This document shows positions 1 through 11,246 of a stretch of 64,000 nucleotides of DNA, in pieces (positions within the stretch are counted from its first letter, which is position 1; each line of letters opens with the position of its first letter). A program made the position numbers and the translations under genes. The DNA lies in contig CAYPEN010000003.1 of NCBI GenBank assembly GCA_964409875.1, positions 64,557-128,556 on the forward strand, in the 5' to 3' direction. The stretch is from an uncultured Gammaproteobacteria bacterium (GTDB lineage Bacteria > Patescibacteriota > Microgenomatia > Levybacterales > GWA1-39-11). The notes under the pieces were generated by a model. The model did not search any database and was not told the DNA's origin. It was given only the letters and a program-made list of their open reading frames with translations.

Positions 1-188
1 TTATTCCCTGCAGATATAATTTCCCGGGTAAGAGCAGTTATTTCATCTGCATAAGGCTTATTGCTCTGTGTTGCGTTTTGAGCTTTCTTTATCTTTGCGG
101 CAGCAATCATCTCGAGCGCCTTTGCTATTTGAGAAATATTTTTTGAGGTCTTTATCCTTCTTTTTAAAAGTTGTAAATTTTGCGCCAT
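1..188 (-). CDS. atpG: ATP synthase F1 gamma subunit (5' part; runs off window)
   Basis: Manual translation from ATG at 188 gives MAQNLQLLKRRIKTSKNISQIAKALEMIAAAKIRKAQ, a typical gamma N-terminus; follows atpA. Confidence 0.93.
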   Translation of the reverse strand, partial: MAQNLQLLKRRIKTSKNISQIAKALEMIAAAKIKKAQNATQSNKPYADEITALTREIISAGN

Positions 189-214
189 GTTATTTTCGTG
201 AAATTATCGCGGCA

Positions 215-1729
215 TTATTTTATTGTTTTTTTGAAATTCTCAATGGCGGATTTTAATTCAGATGTTGTTTTTTCGTCCATTTTGTCCCCTGTTTTAAGTT
301 TTTGTATAAGTTTTTTGTCCTTGACTGTTATAAAGTCCACAACTTTTTCTTCAAATTGCGCAATCTTATCAATTGGAAAATCATCCAATAAACCGGTTGC
401 TGCAGCATAAATGCTGATGACCTCCTCAAATTCGGCCATTGGACGGTACTGCGGTTGTTTGAGAATTTCAGCGACTCTTTTTCCTCGCTCAATGCGTCTT
501 AGCGTTTCTTCATCCAAATCACTTCCGAATTGAGCAAATGCTGCAAGCTCTCTGTATTGTGCACTTTCAAGTCGTAGTGGGCCGGCTATTTGTTTCATGA
601 TTTTTGTCTGAGCTGCTCCTCCTACTCGGGAAACTGAGAGACCAGTATTGATGGCCGGTCTAATTCCGGAATTAAAAAGGTCATTTTCAAGATAAATCTG
701 ACCGTCAGTTATCGAGATGACGTTAGTTGGAATATATGCCGAGCTATCTGCTGCTTGTGTTTCAATAATGGGAAGTGCAGTAAGAGAGCCACCACCCAAT
801 GTGTCGTTCATACGAGAGGCGCGCTCTAAAATTCTAGAGTGGAGGTAAAAAATATCTCCGGGATATGCTTCACGGCCGGCAGGTCTTTTCAAGAGCAGTG
901 AAATCTGCCGGTATGCCCATGCGTGTTTTGAAAAATCATCAAACACGACAAGTACATCTTCCCCCTTGTCCATGAAATATTCACCGATTGCAGTTGCTGC
1001 AAAGGGAGCCAGATACTGGAGAGCCGCAGAGTCGGACGCAGAAGCAGCAACAACGATGGTGTAATCCATTGCGCCTTCTTCTGTGAGTTTTCCTATAATC
1101 CGGGCGATATTGCTCCTTTTTTGTCCAATAGCACAATAGATACAAATAACACGCTTAAGTCCAAGGTCGTTCTTCTTTTGGTTAATAATTGTGTCAATGG
1201 CAATTGCTGTTTTACCTGTATTCCGGTCCCCAATGATAAGCTCCCTTTGTCCCCGGCCGATAGGCGTCATACTGTCAATTGCTTTAATCCCAGTTTTGAG
1301 AGGGGTATCAACCGGTTGCCTTTCTACCACACCCGGAGCAATCTTTTCTAAGGGATAGAGGGTACCTTTAGGAGATAGCTTTTTTCCATCAAGAGGGGAA
1401 AGGAGAGGATCAGCAACGCGACCGATAAGCTCATCACTTCCAGTAATTCCCAAAATTCTTCCGGTTGTTTTAACTGTTTCACCTTCTTTTATCTCAAGGG
1501 TGTCGGAAAGAAGAATGATAGAGGTAAAGTCCTCATTGAGGTTAAATGCGAGTCCGAGCGCACCATTCTCAAAGACAACTTCCTCACCAAATCCTACTTT
1601 TGATAATCCGGTTGCTTGAATGATTCCATCTCCCACGCTGTCAACAACTCCCACATTTTCTGTTTTAGGACTTAAGTGGACTGTTGATAGTTTTTTTTCA
1701 ATTTGTTTTATTAGTTCTTCCTGTTTCAT
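215..1729 (-). CDS. atpA: ATP synthase F1 alpha subunit
   Basis: GRGQRELIIGDRNTGKT Walker A, GREAYPGDIFYLHSR, PTNVISITDGQ. Confidence 0.99.
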   Translation of the reverse strand: MKQEELIKQIEKKLSTVHLSPKTENVGVVDSVGDGIIQATGLSKVGFGEEVVFENGALGLAFNLNEDFTSIILLSDTLEIKEGETVKTTGRILGITGSDELIGRVADPLLSPLDGKKLSPKGTLYPLEKIAPGVVERQPVDTPLKTGIKAIDSMTPIGRGQRELIIGDRNTGKTAIAIDTIINQKKNDLGLKRVICIYCAIGQKRSNIARIIGKLTEEGAMDYTIVVAASASDSAALQYLAPFAATAIGEYFMDKGEDVLVVFDDFSKHAWAYRQISLLLKRPAGREAYPGDIFYLHSRILERASRMNDTLGGGSLTALPIIETQAADSSAYIPTNVISITDGQIYLENDLFNSGIRPAINTGLSVSRVGGAAQTKIMKQIAGPLRLESAQYRELAAFAQFGSDLDEETLRRIERGKRVAEILKQPQYRPMAEFEEVISIYAAATGLLDDFPIDKIAQFEEKVVDFITVKDKKLIQKLKTGDKMDEKTTSELKSAIENFKKTIK

Positions 1730-1734
1730 AAATT

Positions 1735-2085
1735 CTAATTTTTCAATTTTTCAATTGTATCATCAATATATTTTTTGAAAGTAAAATCGGTAATGGTATC
1801 ATTTTGTTTGATTCTTATCCCTCCACCGAGTGCTTTATCTGTTGATAAGATAAGCTCTTTGTCCTTAAATTGTGGGAGAAGTTTTGTAATTTCGCTCTTC
1901 GGAATATCGGTTGATGTAGCAATATATACTCTTTTTTTATCTAACGCACTTTTATAATTTCTTAGAAAATCTTTCAATTCTTGTTTTGTCAGAACCTCAA
2001 GAACAAATTGTTCAATATCAGCAGGAATTGAATCGTTTCCAGCTGCAAGTTGTGCTAATTTTTTAATTTTCTGCTTTGTAACCAT
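1735..2085 (-). CDS. atpH: ATP synthase delta subunit (short form)
   Basis: Between atpF and atpA; C-terminal DKALGGGIRIK..D motif; start re-called at ATG 2085. Confidence 0.85.
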   Translation of the reverse strand: MVTKQKIKKLAQLAAGNDSIPADIEQFVLEVLTKQELKDFLRNYKSALDKKRVYIATSTDIPKSEITKLLPQFKDKELILSTDKALGGGIRIKQNDTITDFTFKKYIDDTIEKLKN

Positions 2086-2086
2086 A

Positions 2087-2587
2087 TTATGCTGACTTAA
2101 TTTTTTGTACTCCTTTTTTGATAAGTTCTTCCTGTTCCTTTTTGTCGAAGAGGCCAATGATAGCATTCTCTAAAATTTGTCTTGATATTTCAAGCGACAT
2201 ATCTTTTGCTTCAGTCCTGAATTGAGTTCTCTCAAGCTCAATTTGTTCTTTTGTCTGAATCATCATTTTTTCGACTTCTTTTTTGGTTTCATCCATTATC
2301 TTTTCCCGGCTTTCTTGGGCATGTTGTTTTGCCTCTTCGAGAATTCTTTCTGCTTCTCTGCCTGCTTTATTTAATATTTCGTCACTCTTGTTTTGTGCCT
2401 TTTCTAAAGCCGCAGCAGCATCTTCAGCATCTTTGACGCCCTTTTTTATAAGTTTGTTGCGGTTGTGCAAGGTATTGAGTATCGGCTTGTATAAGAACCG
2501 TTTAAACACATACGCAATCACCAAAAAATTAATTATTTGTGCAACAAATAATTTTATGTCAAATCCAAATTGATTTAATATTTCCAT
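2087..2587 (-). CDS. atpF: ATP synthase F0 subunit b
   Basis: AQIINFLV..F.YKPIL TM segment followed by charged coiled coil. Confidence 0.96.
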   Translation of the reverse strand: MEILNQFGFDIKLFVAQIINFLVIAYVFKRFLYKPILNTLHNRNKLIKKGVKDAEDAAAALEKAQNKSDEILNKAGREAERILEEAKQHAQESREKIMDETKKEVEKMMIQTKEQIELERTQFRTEAKDMSLEISRQILENAIIGLFDKKEQEELIKKGVQKIKSA

Positions 2588-2613
2588 AGTTTTGAATGGA
2601 ATGGTTTATTCTC

Positions 2614-3574
<961 letters not shown>

Positions 3575-3649
3575 GATTTTGTAATTGTACCTGACCTCAA
3601 AATTTAAGTCAATACACAGGTATGTTGACAAACAGAAAACAAAAAGAGA

Positions 3650-6600
3650 TTAATTGAGTATTCGGACTCCTTCAACAATTATAACCGGAATTTCTTCTTT
3701 GAAATCCAGCTTGCCTTCAACTACAACTATCGCGTCTTTGACAAGGTATTGCTTGGCTCGCTCATAGGTTTTCGGAAAAACGACACATTCAATACTAACC
3801 CCCACATGATCCTCAAGCGTCACGAATGCCATTTCTTCGTTGGAGCGCTTAGTGAAAATCTTTTTTACGGTTGAAACCAATCCGCCTATTTTTACTCTGG
3901 TTCCGTTTTTTCCTTCGGCAAGCTCGGATATTTTATGGGTCGCAAAGGTAAAGAGAGTATTGAGCTTTTGGTTAAGAGGGTGGTCTGAGAGAAAAAAACC
4001 GAGCAGCTCTCTTTCAAAGGCCAGCTTCTCGCTGTCAGTGAAGTCTTCAATATCTAGAATATCATTTTCCGAGAATGTCTTCGGGGCTACTTGCGGTATG
4101 TCACCAAAAAGGCTGATTTGATTTACTGGTTTTTTTGTAGGCTTTTTTGTAATAGATGAAACAATGTCTGATATGGAAGAAAGAAGTGCAGCCCTTTTCC
4201 CGAAATCATCGAAAGCTCCAGCTTTAATAAGGCTTTCCAACGTTTTTTTATTGACTTTTGCAAGGTCTACTCTCGAGCAAAAATCACCCATATTTTTAAA
4301 TTCTCCGCTACTTCTTGCTTCAAGAATGGTTGAAATGGCTGCGCTTCCTACATTCTTAACAGCTGAAAGACCGAAACGCACCTTGTTATCCTCAATTGAA
4401 AAATCTTGCTGTGAGCGATTAATATTCGGACCCAGAACATCTATCTTTAGCCTTCGACATTCTGCAACCGCTATCGATATCTTCTCGTTTTTCTGCGGAC
4501 CGGTCGTTCCTCTCGATTCGGCAGTAAGTAACGCTGTCATAAATTCAACCGGAAAGTGGGCTTTCAAATATGCGGTTCTGAAGGCAATTGTGGCATAACA
4601 GGATGCATGAGCCTTGTTGAATCCGTACCCGGCAAATGGTGCTATTAATTCAAAAATTTCTTCTGCCTTTTTTTGTGAGAGACCATTTTTGACAGCCCCT
4701 TGCAGAAAAATCTCTTTTTGTTTTTTCATCTCCGCAGGAATTTTCTTTCCCATCGCCTTCCGGAATTTGTCTGCATCAAGCCATGTGTATCCGGCAAGTG
4801 CTATTGTGGTGAGCAATACGTCGTCCTGGTAGGTCAGAATACCATATGAATTTGCAAGAATCTCTTTTAAGCGTGGGTCGGGAAAAGTTATTTTTGTTGG
4901 GTCATGTTTTCTGGCGATAAAGTCCGGTATATTTTGCATCGGACCCGGCCGGTATAAAGCAACCATCGCCATGACGTCAAATATTGTTGTAGGTTTTAAT
5001 TCCTTTATGTACCGTCTCATGCCCGCAGACTCAAGCTGAAATATGCCTGTTGTCTCTCCGCTGGCAAGAAGAGCATAGGTAGGAGGGTCATCATAAGAAA
5101 TTTTTTGAAAATCTATATCTTTGCCTTGATTTTCTTTAATAAATCGCAACGCTTCCTGGATAATCGTCAAATTCCGAAGTCCCAAAAAATCCATTTTTAA
5201 TAGTCCGACTCCGTCTTCGCCGACTGTATACATGTCGTATTGGGTTACGATTTTGTCTCCATTGGTCTCTTTCTGAAGGGGTACGTATTCTGTCAAATCC
5301 TTATCCGCAATAACTACTCCAGCTGCATGGACTGATGCGTGTCGTGCAACGCCATTCAATTTTTTTGCCAAATCCAAAAGTCTTTTTGTTTCCGGTTCGG
5401 TTGTGTATGCAGTTTTCAAATCGGGACTTTGGGTAAGGGCCAGGTCAATTGTCATGTGGTGTCCCTGCCAGCCGGGGGGTATCATTTTAGAAATCCTATC
5501 CGGTTGCGCGTAGGGCATTCCCAATGCCCGTCCAGCATCCCTTACGCTACCTCTAGCTTCCATAGTTCCAAATGTAATAATTTGTGCAACTTTATCTTTC
5601 CCGTATTTTTCAGTAACGTACTCGATAACTTCGTCGCGTCTGGTGTCCGCAAAATCCAAATCTATATCGGGAGCGGATGGACGCTCAGGATTCAAAAACC
5701 GTTCAAAAGGAAGATTAAAATAGAAAGGATCAACGTCGGTTATTCTTAATATATATGAAACAACAGAGCCCGCTGCGGAGCCTCTTCCTGGACCCACGCT
5801 TATGCCATGGTCCTTTGCCCAGTTCACAAAATCAGCAACTGTCAAAAAATAAGTCTCATATCCCTTTTTGAGAATGATATCTATCTCGTATTCAACCCGG
5901 TCATAAATTTTTTTGTCCGCATTAGGATATCGAAGCGGTAGTCTTTCTTTGATAAGTTTTTTGAAATATTCAGCAGGGGTAAGTCCCTCAGGTACTGCAT
6001 ATTGAGGCATTATCCATTTTCCAAGGGTTAATTCCAAGTTGCACATATCAGCAATTTTTACTGAATTGGAAATTGCTTCTGGGAGATCGGAAAAATTTTT
6101 TGCCATTTCATCAGCGGATTTTATGTAAAAATCAGGCGAATCAATCATTGAAAGTTTTCTATTTTCATCATTTATTGTTGTTTGCGTACCTATGCAAAGC
6201 AATATTTCTTGTGCTTCCGCATCGTCCTTTTCGATGTAGTGGTTGTCATTTGTAGCGACCAGTCCGACCTCGAATTCTTTTGAGAGGGTAATAAGTTTTT
6301 GGTTTAACTCTTCTTGTGGAGGGACTTTTATGTGCCGTTGGATTTCAAGAAATAAGTTATCTTTGCCATAAATATCGATAAGTTTTTCAAGTCGTTCTTT
6401 TGCAAGCTTTTCGTTTCCGTCAACTAAAGGTTCCCCGACAAAACCATTTACACATGCGGTTAAGCAAATGAGCCCTCCGCTGTATTTCTTTAAAAGGTTG
6501 ATGTCAGTTCTAGGTTTGTAATAGAACCCTTCTAAGTGCGAAATAGTTATTATTTTCATCAGATTTTTATAGCCGGTTAAGTCTTTTGCCAGCAATATGA

Positions 6601-6865
6601 GATGGTTATAGTCTTTATCTACCCCTGCTTCTTTGTCATGAAGGTTGCGTTTTGCAACATATATTTCGCATCCGATGATAGGTTTTACTCCCTCGCTCAA
6701 GCATTTTTTGTAAAACTTAATCGCACCGTATAAATTCCCGTGGTCTGTAATGGCAATTGAGTTCATGCCCAATTTTTTGGCATGCTCGATCATCGGGTCG
6801 ATACGGGAAAGACCGTCAAGCAACGAATATTCGGAATGGTTATGAAGGTGAACAAAATCTGCCAT
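3650..6865 (-). CDS. dnaE: DNA polymerase III alpha subunit
   Basis: PHP HLHNHSEYSLLDG, GPGRGSAAGS, PDIDLDF, GFNKAHA, C-terminal OB fold. Confidence 0.99.
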   Translation of the reverse strand: MADFVHLHNHSEYSLLDGLSRIDPMIEHAKKLGMNSIAITDHGNLYGAIKFYKKCLSEGVKPIIGCEIYVAKRNLHDKEAGVDKDYNHLILLAKDLTGYKNLMKIITISHLEGFYYKPRTDINLLKKYSGGLICLTACVNGFVGEPLVDGNEKLAKERLEKLIDIYGKDNLFLEIQRHIKVPPQEELNQKLITLSKEFEVGLVATNDNHYIEKDDAEAQEILLCIGTQTTINDENRKLSMIDSPDFYIKSADEMAKNFSDLPEAISNSVKIADMCNLELTLGKWIMPQYAVPEGLTPAEYFKKLIKERLPLRYPNADKKIYDRVEYEIDIILKKGYETYFLTVADFVNWAKDHGISVGPGRGSAAGSVVSYILRITDVDPFYFNLPFERFLNPERPSAPDIDLDFADTRRDEVIEYVTEKYGKDKVAQIITFGTMEARGSVRDAGRALGMPYAQPDRISKMIPPGWQGHHMTIDLALTQSPDLKTAYTTEPETKRLLDLAKKLNGVARHASVHAAGVVIADKDLTEYVPLQKETNGDKIVTQYDMYTVGEDGVGLLKMDFLGLRNLTIIQEALRFIKENQGKDIDFQKISYDDPPTYALLASGETTGIFQLESAGMRRYIKELKPTTIFDVMAMVALYRPGPMQNIPDFIARKHDPTKITFPDPRLKEILANSYGILTYQDDVLLTTIALAGYTWLDADKFRKAMGKKIPAEMKKQKEIFLQGAVKNGLSQKKAEEIFELIAPFAGYGFNKAHASCYATIAFRTAYLKAHFPVEFMTALLTAESRGTTGPQKNEKISIAVAECRRLKIDVLGPNINRSQQDFSIEDNKVRFGLSAVKNVGSAAISTILEARSSGEFKNMGDFCSRVDLAKVNKKTLESLIKAGAFDDFGKRAALLSSISDIVSSITKKPTKKPVNQISLFGDIPQVAPKTFSENDILDIEDFTDSEKLAFERELLGFFLSDHPLNQKLNTLFTFATHKISELAEGKNGTRVKIGGLVSTVKKIFTKRSNEEMAFVTLEDHVGVSIECVVFPKTYERAKQYLVKDAIVVVEGKLDFKEEIPVIIVEGVRILN

Positions 6866-6870
6866 AAATT

Positions 6871-7401
6871 TTAAGCCACTTTTGAGTCTAAATTATTAAA
6901 TAATGTCACAAACGGTGGGTTTATCCGTGCACCGGTCTGGTGGCATAGTATCTCAATTGGTACCCCTCCATTTTTAGGAATTACTTTTACCATACCATCA
7001 TTGGCAGCCATCCATTCGTGTTCGGGGTCTGGGTGTGGTGGATCTGTCTCAACACCAAAACTCTCATCTTCGTTAATTGATCCAACTGCTTTACCAACTA
7101 CTTCTTGCCACCTCTGAAATTGCTTTTGATACCTTTCAAGCAAGGGAAGAGAGACTAAGTCGCTATTGTCTATATCAAATCCTACTCTTACGTCCACATC
7201 TTTTCTCTTGTCAGGCTGTTCTTTTACTACAGTTCCGCCTACTGCAAGCATAAATCCGCTTATTCCAAGCTTTTTTGTTGTTTGCATTAATGCATCGCGC
7301 AATGTGGAAACGTTTCTCTTGTTGTCTTCTCCTATGCTGGTGAGGTATGTTTCAGGGTCCCTTTCTTGGGAACTTACTACTATTTCTTGGCTTTCACTCA
7401 T
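6871..7401 (-). CDS. hypothetical protein, possible minimal nucleotidyltransferase fold
   Basis: Tightly packed between gatB and dnaE; hhhGG(T)...KDVDV resembles the Pol-beta NTase G[GS]-x9-13-DxD motif. Confidence 0.55.
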   Translation of the reverse strand: MSESQEIVVSSQERDPETYLTSIGEDNKRNVSTLRDALMQTTKKLGISGFMLAVGGTVVKEQPDKRKDVDVRVGFDIDNSDLVSLPLLERYQKQFQRWQEVVGKAVGSINEDESFGVETDPPHPDPEHEWMAANDGMVKVIPKNGGVPIEILCHQTGARINPPFVTLFNNLDSKVA

Positions 7402-7405
7402 TAAA

Positions 7406-8737
7406 TTATTCTAGCATCTCAAGAAGCTTTTTTCTAATTTGCTCCGTGTCTTTTGCATCGGGCAATACTTTCTTTGTCTGGCCTATAAAAAAGCCCAAAA
7501 GTTGCGTTTTGCCTGATTTATAGTCGTTAACGGCCTTTCCGTTTTCGGACAGAATCTTTGAAATAGTATCGGCAAGAACACTTTCATCAACTTTGGCAAC
7601 AGTGCTTTGCTCGACAATTTGTCTAACGAGTCCCGCAGGCTCCAATTCTTCGAGGTTTGGTTTTTTGTTGATAATAAAATTCGCTATAGCAACTGCACCG
7701 ACATTGTGTTCCTTTCCTACACTTACTGCATCTTCAAAAAATTCACTTACTGTCTTATCCCTCGTTAAGATCTCGGCATTATAATCGGTCAAAAGAAATT
7801 CTGTCATAAATCTCTTCACTTTTGATTCCGGCAATTCGGGAATTTGTGACTTTATTTCTTCTACTTCGTTATTCGAAAACTCGATGGGTGGGATGTCTGG
7901 CTCCGGAAAATACCGGTAGTCATGTGCCTCCTCTTTTGAGCGCTGGCTAACCGTTTTGTTCTTAAACTCATTCCAGCCCCGCGTTTCCTGAACAGGCGTT
8001 TCTCCTTTGTCTAAAAGCTCTTTGTGACGTTTTTCTTCAAACTCGATTGCTTTCTCGACGAATTTGAATGAGTTGATATTTTTTACTTCGACTTTGTATT
8101 TCGCCAATTCTTTTTGCCCAATTGGACGAAGTGAGATATTCGGTTCAAGCCTCATGTGTCCCTTCTCCATGTCTGCGTCGCTCACATTAAGATAGCGGAT
8201 AATTTTCTGAAGTTCTGTTAGAAATATCCGTGCTTCTTTACCTGTTCTGATATCGGGTTCTGTGACGATTTCAACCAAAGGTACTCCTGACCTATTGAAA
8301 TCAATTAGTGACACTTCTTTCCCATCAACTGTTGAATGCGTCAGCTTTCCGGTATCTTCTTCCATGTGAACGCGGGTAATTCCGACTCGTTTGGTTTCAT
8401 TTCCAACATTTATATCCAAGTAGCCTTTTTCTCCAAAAGGATGAAGGTATTGGGAAGTCTGAAAGCCTTTTGCAAGGTCAGGATAGAAATAATTTTTCCT
8501 TTCAAAAAAAGAGTCGGTATTTATGGAGCAGTTAAGTGCAAGCCCTATTTTTATACAGTCTTCAACAGCCTGCTTGTTGGGGAAGGGGAGTGCGCCAGGA
8601 AGGCCTAAGCACACCGGGCATGTTCTTGTATTGGGTTGGTCTTGGAGTTTCGGAACGGCACAACGGCAAAACATCTTGCTTTGCGTTGATAATTCGACAT
8701 GTATTTCGAGACCGACTACTGTTTCGTATGTATTCAT
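7406..8737 (-). CDS. gatB: Asp/Glu-tRNA amidotransferase subunit B
   Basis: GLEIHVEL, RKNYFYPDL, HMEEDTGK, YRYFPEPD. Confidence 0.99.
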   Translation of the reverse strand: MNTYETVVGLEIHVELSTQSKMFCRCAVPKLQDQPNTRTCPVCLGLPGALPFPNKQAVEDCIKIGLALNCSINTDSFFERKNYFYPDLAKGFQTSQYLHPFGEKGYLDINVGNETKRVGITRVHMEEDTGKLTHSTVDGKEVSLIDFNRSGVPLVEIVTEPDIRTGKEARIFLTELQKIIRYLNVSDADMEKGHMRLEPNISLRPIGQKELAKYKVEVKNINSFKFVEKAIEFEEKRHKELLDKGETPVQETRGWNEFKNKTVSQRSKEEAHDYRYFPEPDIPPIEFSNNEVEEIKSQIPELPESKVKRFMTEFLLTDYNAEILTRDKTVSEFFEDAVSVGKEHNVGAVAIANFIINKKPNLEELEPAGLVRQIVEQSTVAKVDESVLADTISKILSENGKAVNDYKSGKTQLLGFFIGQTKKVLPDAKDTEQIRKKLLEMLE

Positions 8738-10137
8738 ATTTTTGGTGTTTGTTTGTAAAATTGGGTTTCTTGCTCAAAAGCGTGTCCAACTTGAAAAAGT
8801 AAAGATTCCGAAAAATGCGGGCCAACAAATTGGATTCCGATAGGAAGACTGTCTTTTGAAAAACCGGCGGGCACAGCAAGTCCGGGAACACCTGCTAAAT
8901 TTATTGTTACAGTTAAAGCGTCTGACAAGTACATTGCCAGCGGGTCATTCGCTTTTTCGCCAAATTTCCATGGTGGAGTAGGAGAGACAGGACTAACCAA
9001 AACGTCAACACTTTTAAATGCTTCATCGAAATCTTGTTTAATTAGTGTTCTTACCTGCATCGCTTTTTTGTAGTACGCGTCATAATAGCCCGATGAAAGA
9101 GTAAATGTTCCAAGCATAATGCGCCTCTTTGCCTCTTTACCAAAATGGCTTCTGTCATTTCCGTACCGTATCCCATCATACCGCGCTAAATTTGAAGAAA
9201 CTTCGGATGGCTGGATGATGTAATATACGGCAATCCCCTCATCTGTATGAGGCAGCGAAACTTCGACAATTTCTGCCCCAAGTTTTTCAAGAGTTTTGAG
9301 TGTTTTTTCAAGAGTTTGTTTTACATCCTCAGACAAACCACTCGAAACGAATTCTTTAGGTACTCCAATTTTCAGCCCTTTAATTTCTTTTCCGATATTT
9401 ACGGTGTAATCTTCTTTTATTCTGTCTGCTGCTGTCGAATCGTACCCGTCATAGCCTGAGGTAATGTTTAAAATTTTTGCGCTATCCTCAACTGTCCTTG
9501 AAAAATGGCCAATACTGTCCAATGATGAAGCCATGGAAATAACGCCATATCTTGAAACCAAGCCATATGTCGGTTTGAGTCCTACCGTATTTGTGAATGA
9601 TGCGGGAAGTCGGATAGAGCCACCGGTATCAGTACCGGTAGAAAATGGTACCATGCCAGAGGCGACCGATGCGCTCGAGCCAGATGACGAGCCGCCGGGA
9701 ACATAATCTATATTCCAGGGATTTAATGTATTCCCAAAATCACTGTTTTCACCGCTGGAGCCGTGCGCCCACGCGTCGTGGTTGAGTTTACCCAAAGATA
9801 TAGCTCCTGCTTCTTCCAATTTTGTAACAGCCGTTGATGAGTAGGGAGGGATGTAGTTTTCTAACACTTTTGAGGCCGCAGTTGTTCTCACTCCTTTTGT
9901 TAAAAACATGTCTTTGATTCCAAAAGGAATTCCATGAAGAGGGTTTGTTGCCTCTTTTCCGTCAAGCTCTTTTGCTTTCCTTTTTGCGTTCTCGGAGTCG
10001 ACGGTTAGAAATGCGTTTAGTTGCGGATTGAGTTTTTCTATTCTTTCTAAATATGCATTTACCACTTCGCCAACCGAAAACTTCTTGCTTTTATATCCTT
10101 CAATAATGTCTGTAATGGTAAAGTTATGTATTTCCAT
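8734..10137 (-). CDS. gatA: Asp/Glu-tRNA amidotransferase subunit A
   Basis: Amidase signature GGSSSGS, GTDTGGSIRLPA, SSNLARYDG. Confidence 0.99.
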   Translation of the reverse strand: MEIHNFTITDIIEGYKSKKFSVGEVVNAYLERIEKLNPQLNAFLTVDSENAKRKAKELDGKEATNPLHGIPFGIKDMFLTKGVRTTAASKVLENYIPPYSSTAVTKLEEAGAISLGKLNHDAWAHGSSGENSDFGNTLNPWNIDYVPGGSSSGSSASVASGMVPFSTGTDTGGSIRLPASFTNTVGLKPTYGLVSRYGVISMASSLDSIGHFSRTVEDSAKILNITSGYDGYDSTAADRIKEDYTVNIGKEIKGLKIGVPKEFVSSGLSEDVKQTLEKTLKTLEKLGAEIVEVSLPHTDEGIAVYYIIQPSEVSSNLARYDGIRYGNDRSHFGKEAKRRIMLGTFTLSSGYYDAYYKKAMQVRTLIKQDFDEAFKSVDVLVSPVSPTPPWKFGEKANDPLAMYLSDALTVTINLAGVPGLAVPAGFSKDSLPIGIQFVGPHFSESLLFQVGHAFEQETQFYKQTPKI

Positions 10138-10424
10138 TATGTTGTGTCTACTAATTTGTCCACGACAAAAAGTCCATTGTGGGTATTATTGCCGCCAGAG
10201 AGCGCTTCGACTTGCGTAAGGCTGTCATCCGAAAAGTTATCGTTTCGGAGTCTATTTGTAAGGCCGGTCACCTGGGCTGTCGGCTCAATATGAGACGTAT
10301 CAACCGAATTTAGTTTTTCAATATATCCGACAACATCGTTTAACTGCTTGTCAAACTCTGTTTCTTCTTGAGGGGAAAGCGTTAAATTTGCCAGTTTTGC
10401 AACTTTTGTAACATCGATTTTCAT
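10137..10424 (-). CDS. gatC: Asp/Glu-tRNA amidotransferase subunit C
   Basis: KVAKLANL...VDT..IEPT pattern; first gene of gatCAB. Confidence 0.95.
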   Translation of the reverse strand: MKIDVTKVAKLANLTLSPQEETEFDKQLNDVVGYIEKLNSVDTSHIEPTAQVTGLTNRLRNDNFSDDSLTQVEALSGGNNTHNGLFVVDKLVDTT

Positions 10425-10431
10425 GCCTCTA

Positions 10432-10460
10432 AGTATAGCTTCTTGAGGCTAATCTTACAA
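10432..10460 (-). promoter_or_regulatory. sigma70-type promoter of gatCAB (leaderless geometry)
   Basis: TTGTAA (10460-10455)-17 bp-TATACT (10437-10432), 7 nt before the gatC ATG; no SD. Confidence 0.7.
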
Positions 10461-10463
10461 GAG

Positions 10464-11246
10464 TTAATATGAAGTTTTAAGTCTTTTTAGCATCACCATT
10501 TTTGCTTTTTGTGAAAGTTCATCGTCAAATTTAATTGTTATGGTCTTGCTATATTTTTTCTCATACGCTTTTTTTAGCAAATAAACAGCCAATTCCGGAT
10601 TGGAGGGCAAAATGGGTCCGTGAAGGTAGGTTCCGATAGAGTTTTTATAATGTATCCCTTCGGTTTTGTCGTGTCCGTTGTTTCCGTATCCGACAACTAC
10701 TTTTGCAAATGCTTCGTCATGGTCTTTCAGAAAAGTCCTTCCGCCATGATTCTCAAACCCTACAAAGTATGTTTTTTTGCCTTCATCCAATGATGGTTTT
10801 ATTACAACATTTCCGATAAGTCTACTTTTGGTTTTGTAACTTTCGGTATACATATCAAAAACTCCAAGTCCTTCTATTTTTGTTCCATACGCATCTTTGT
10901 AATATTTACCTAAAAATTGGAATGCTCCACAAATATAAAGTCCAGGAGTGCCATCCTCAATCATTCGCTTTAGGGTTTCACTTTTGTTTTCTAATAAATC
11001 TTTATTGACTATTTCTTGTTGTAAGTCTTGTGCCCCGCCCATAAATATCAAATCACAAGAAGTCAGAAGTTGGGAGTTTGTAGTCTGGTTAATTCGTTCA
11101 ACCTTAAACGCAATTCCATTGTCTTCTGCTATTTTTTGTAGAACAATGATGTTTCCCCGGTCTCCATATGTAGACATGAGTTCGGGATAGAGCCAGCCAA
11201 TAGTCAGTGAGCGTTTAGGGTTTTGGGTATAGGGCTTAGTTGTCAT
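10464..11246 (-). CDS. gatD: lipid II isoglutaminyl synthase glutaminase subunit (CobQ/GatD-type)
   Basis: LYPELMSTYGDRGN, ICGAFQ, GFENHGG, TYLHGP; overlaps murT stop. Confidence 0.92.
   Translation of the reverse strand: MTTKPYTQNPKRSLTIGWLYPELMSTYGDRGNIIVLQKIAEDNGIAFKVERINQTTNSQLLTSCDLIFMGGAQDLQQEIVNKDLLENKSETLKRMIEDGTPGLYICGAFQFLGKYYKDAYGTKIEGLGVFDMYTESYKTKSRLIGNVVIKPSLDEGKKTYFVGFENHGGRTFLKDHDEAFAKVVVGYGNNGHDKTEGIHYKNSIGTYLHGPILPSNPELAVYLLKKAYEKKYSKTITIKFDDELSQKAKMVMLKRLKTSY

Noticed and set aside
10137-11246. gatD next to gatCAB as an archaeal-type GatDE tRNA amidotransferase
   Set aside because: The protein is the CobQ-like partner of MurT; the shared name is a coincidence.
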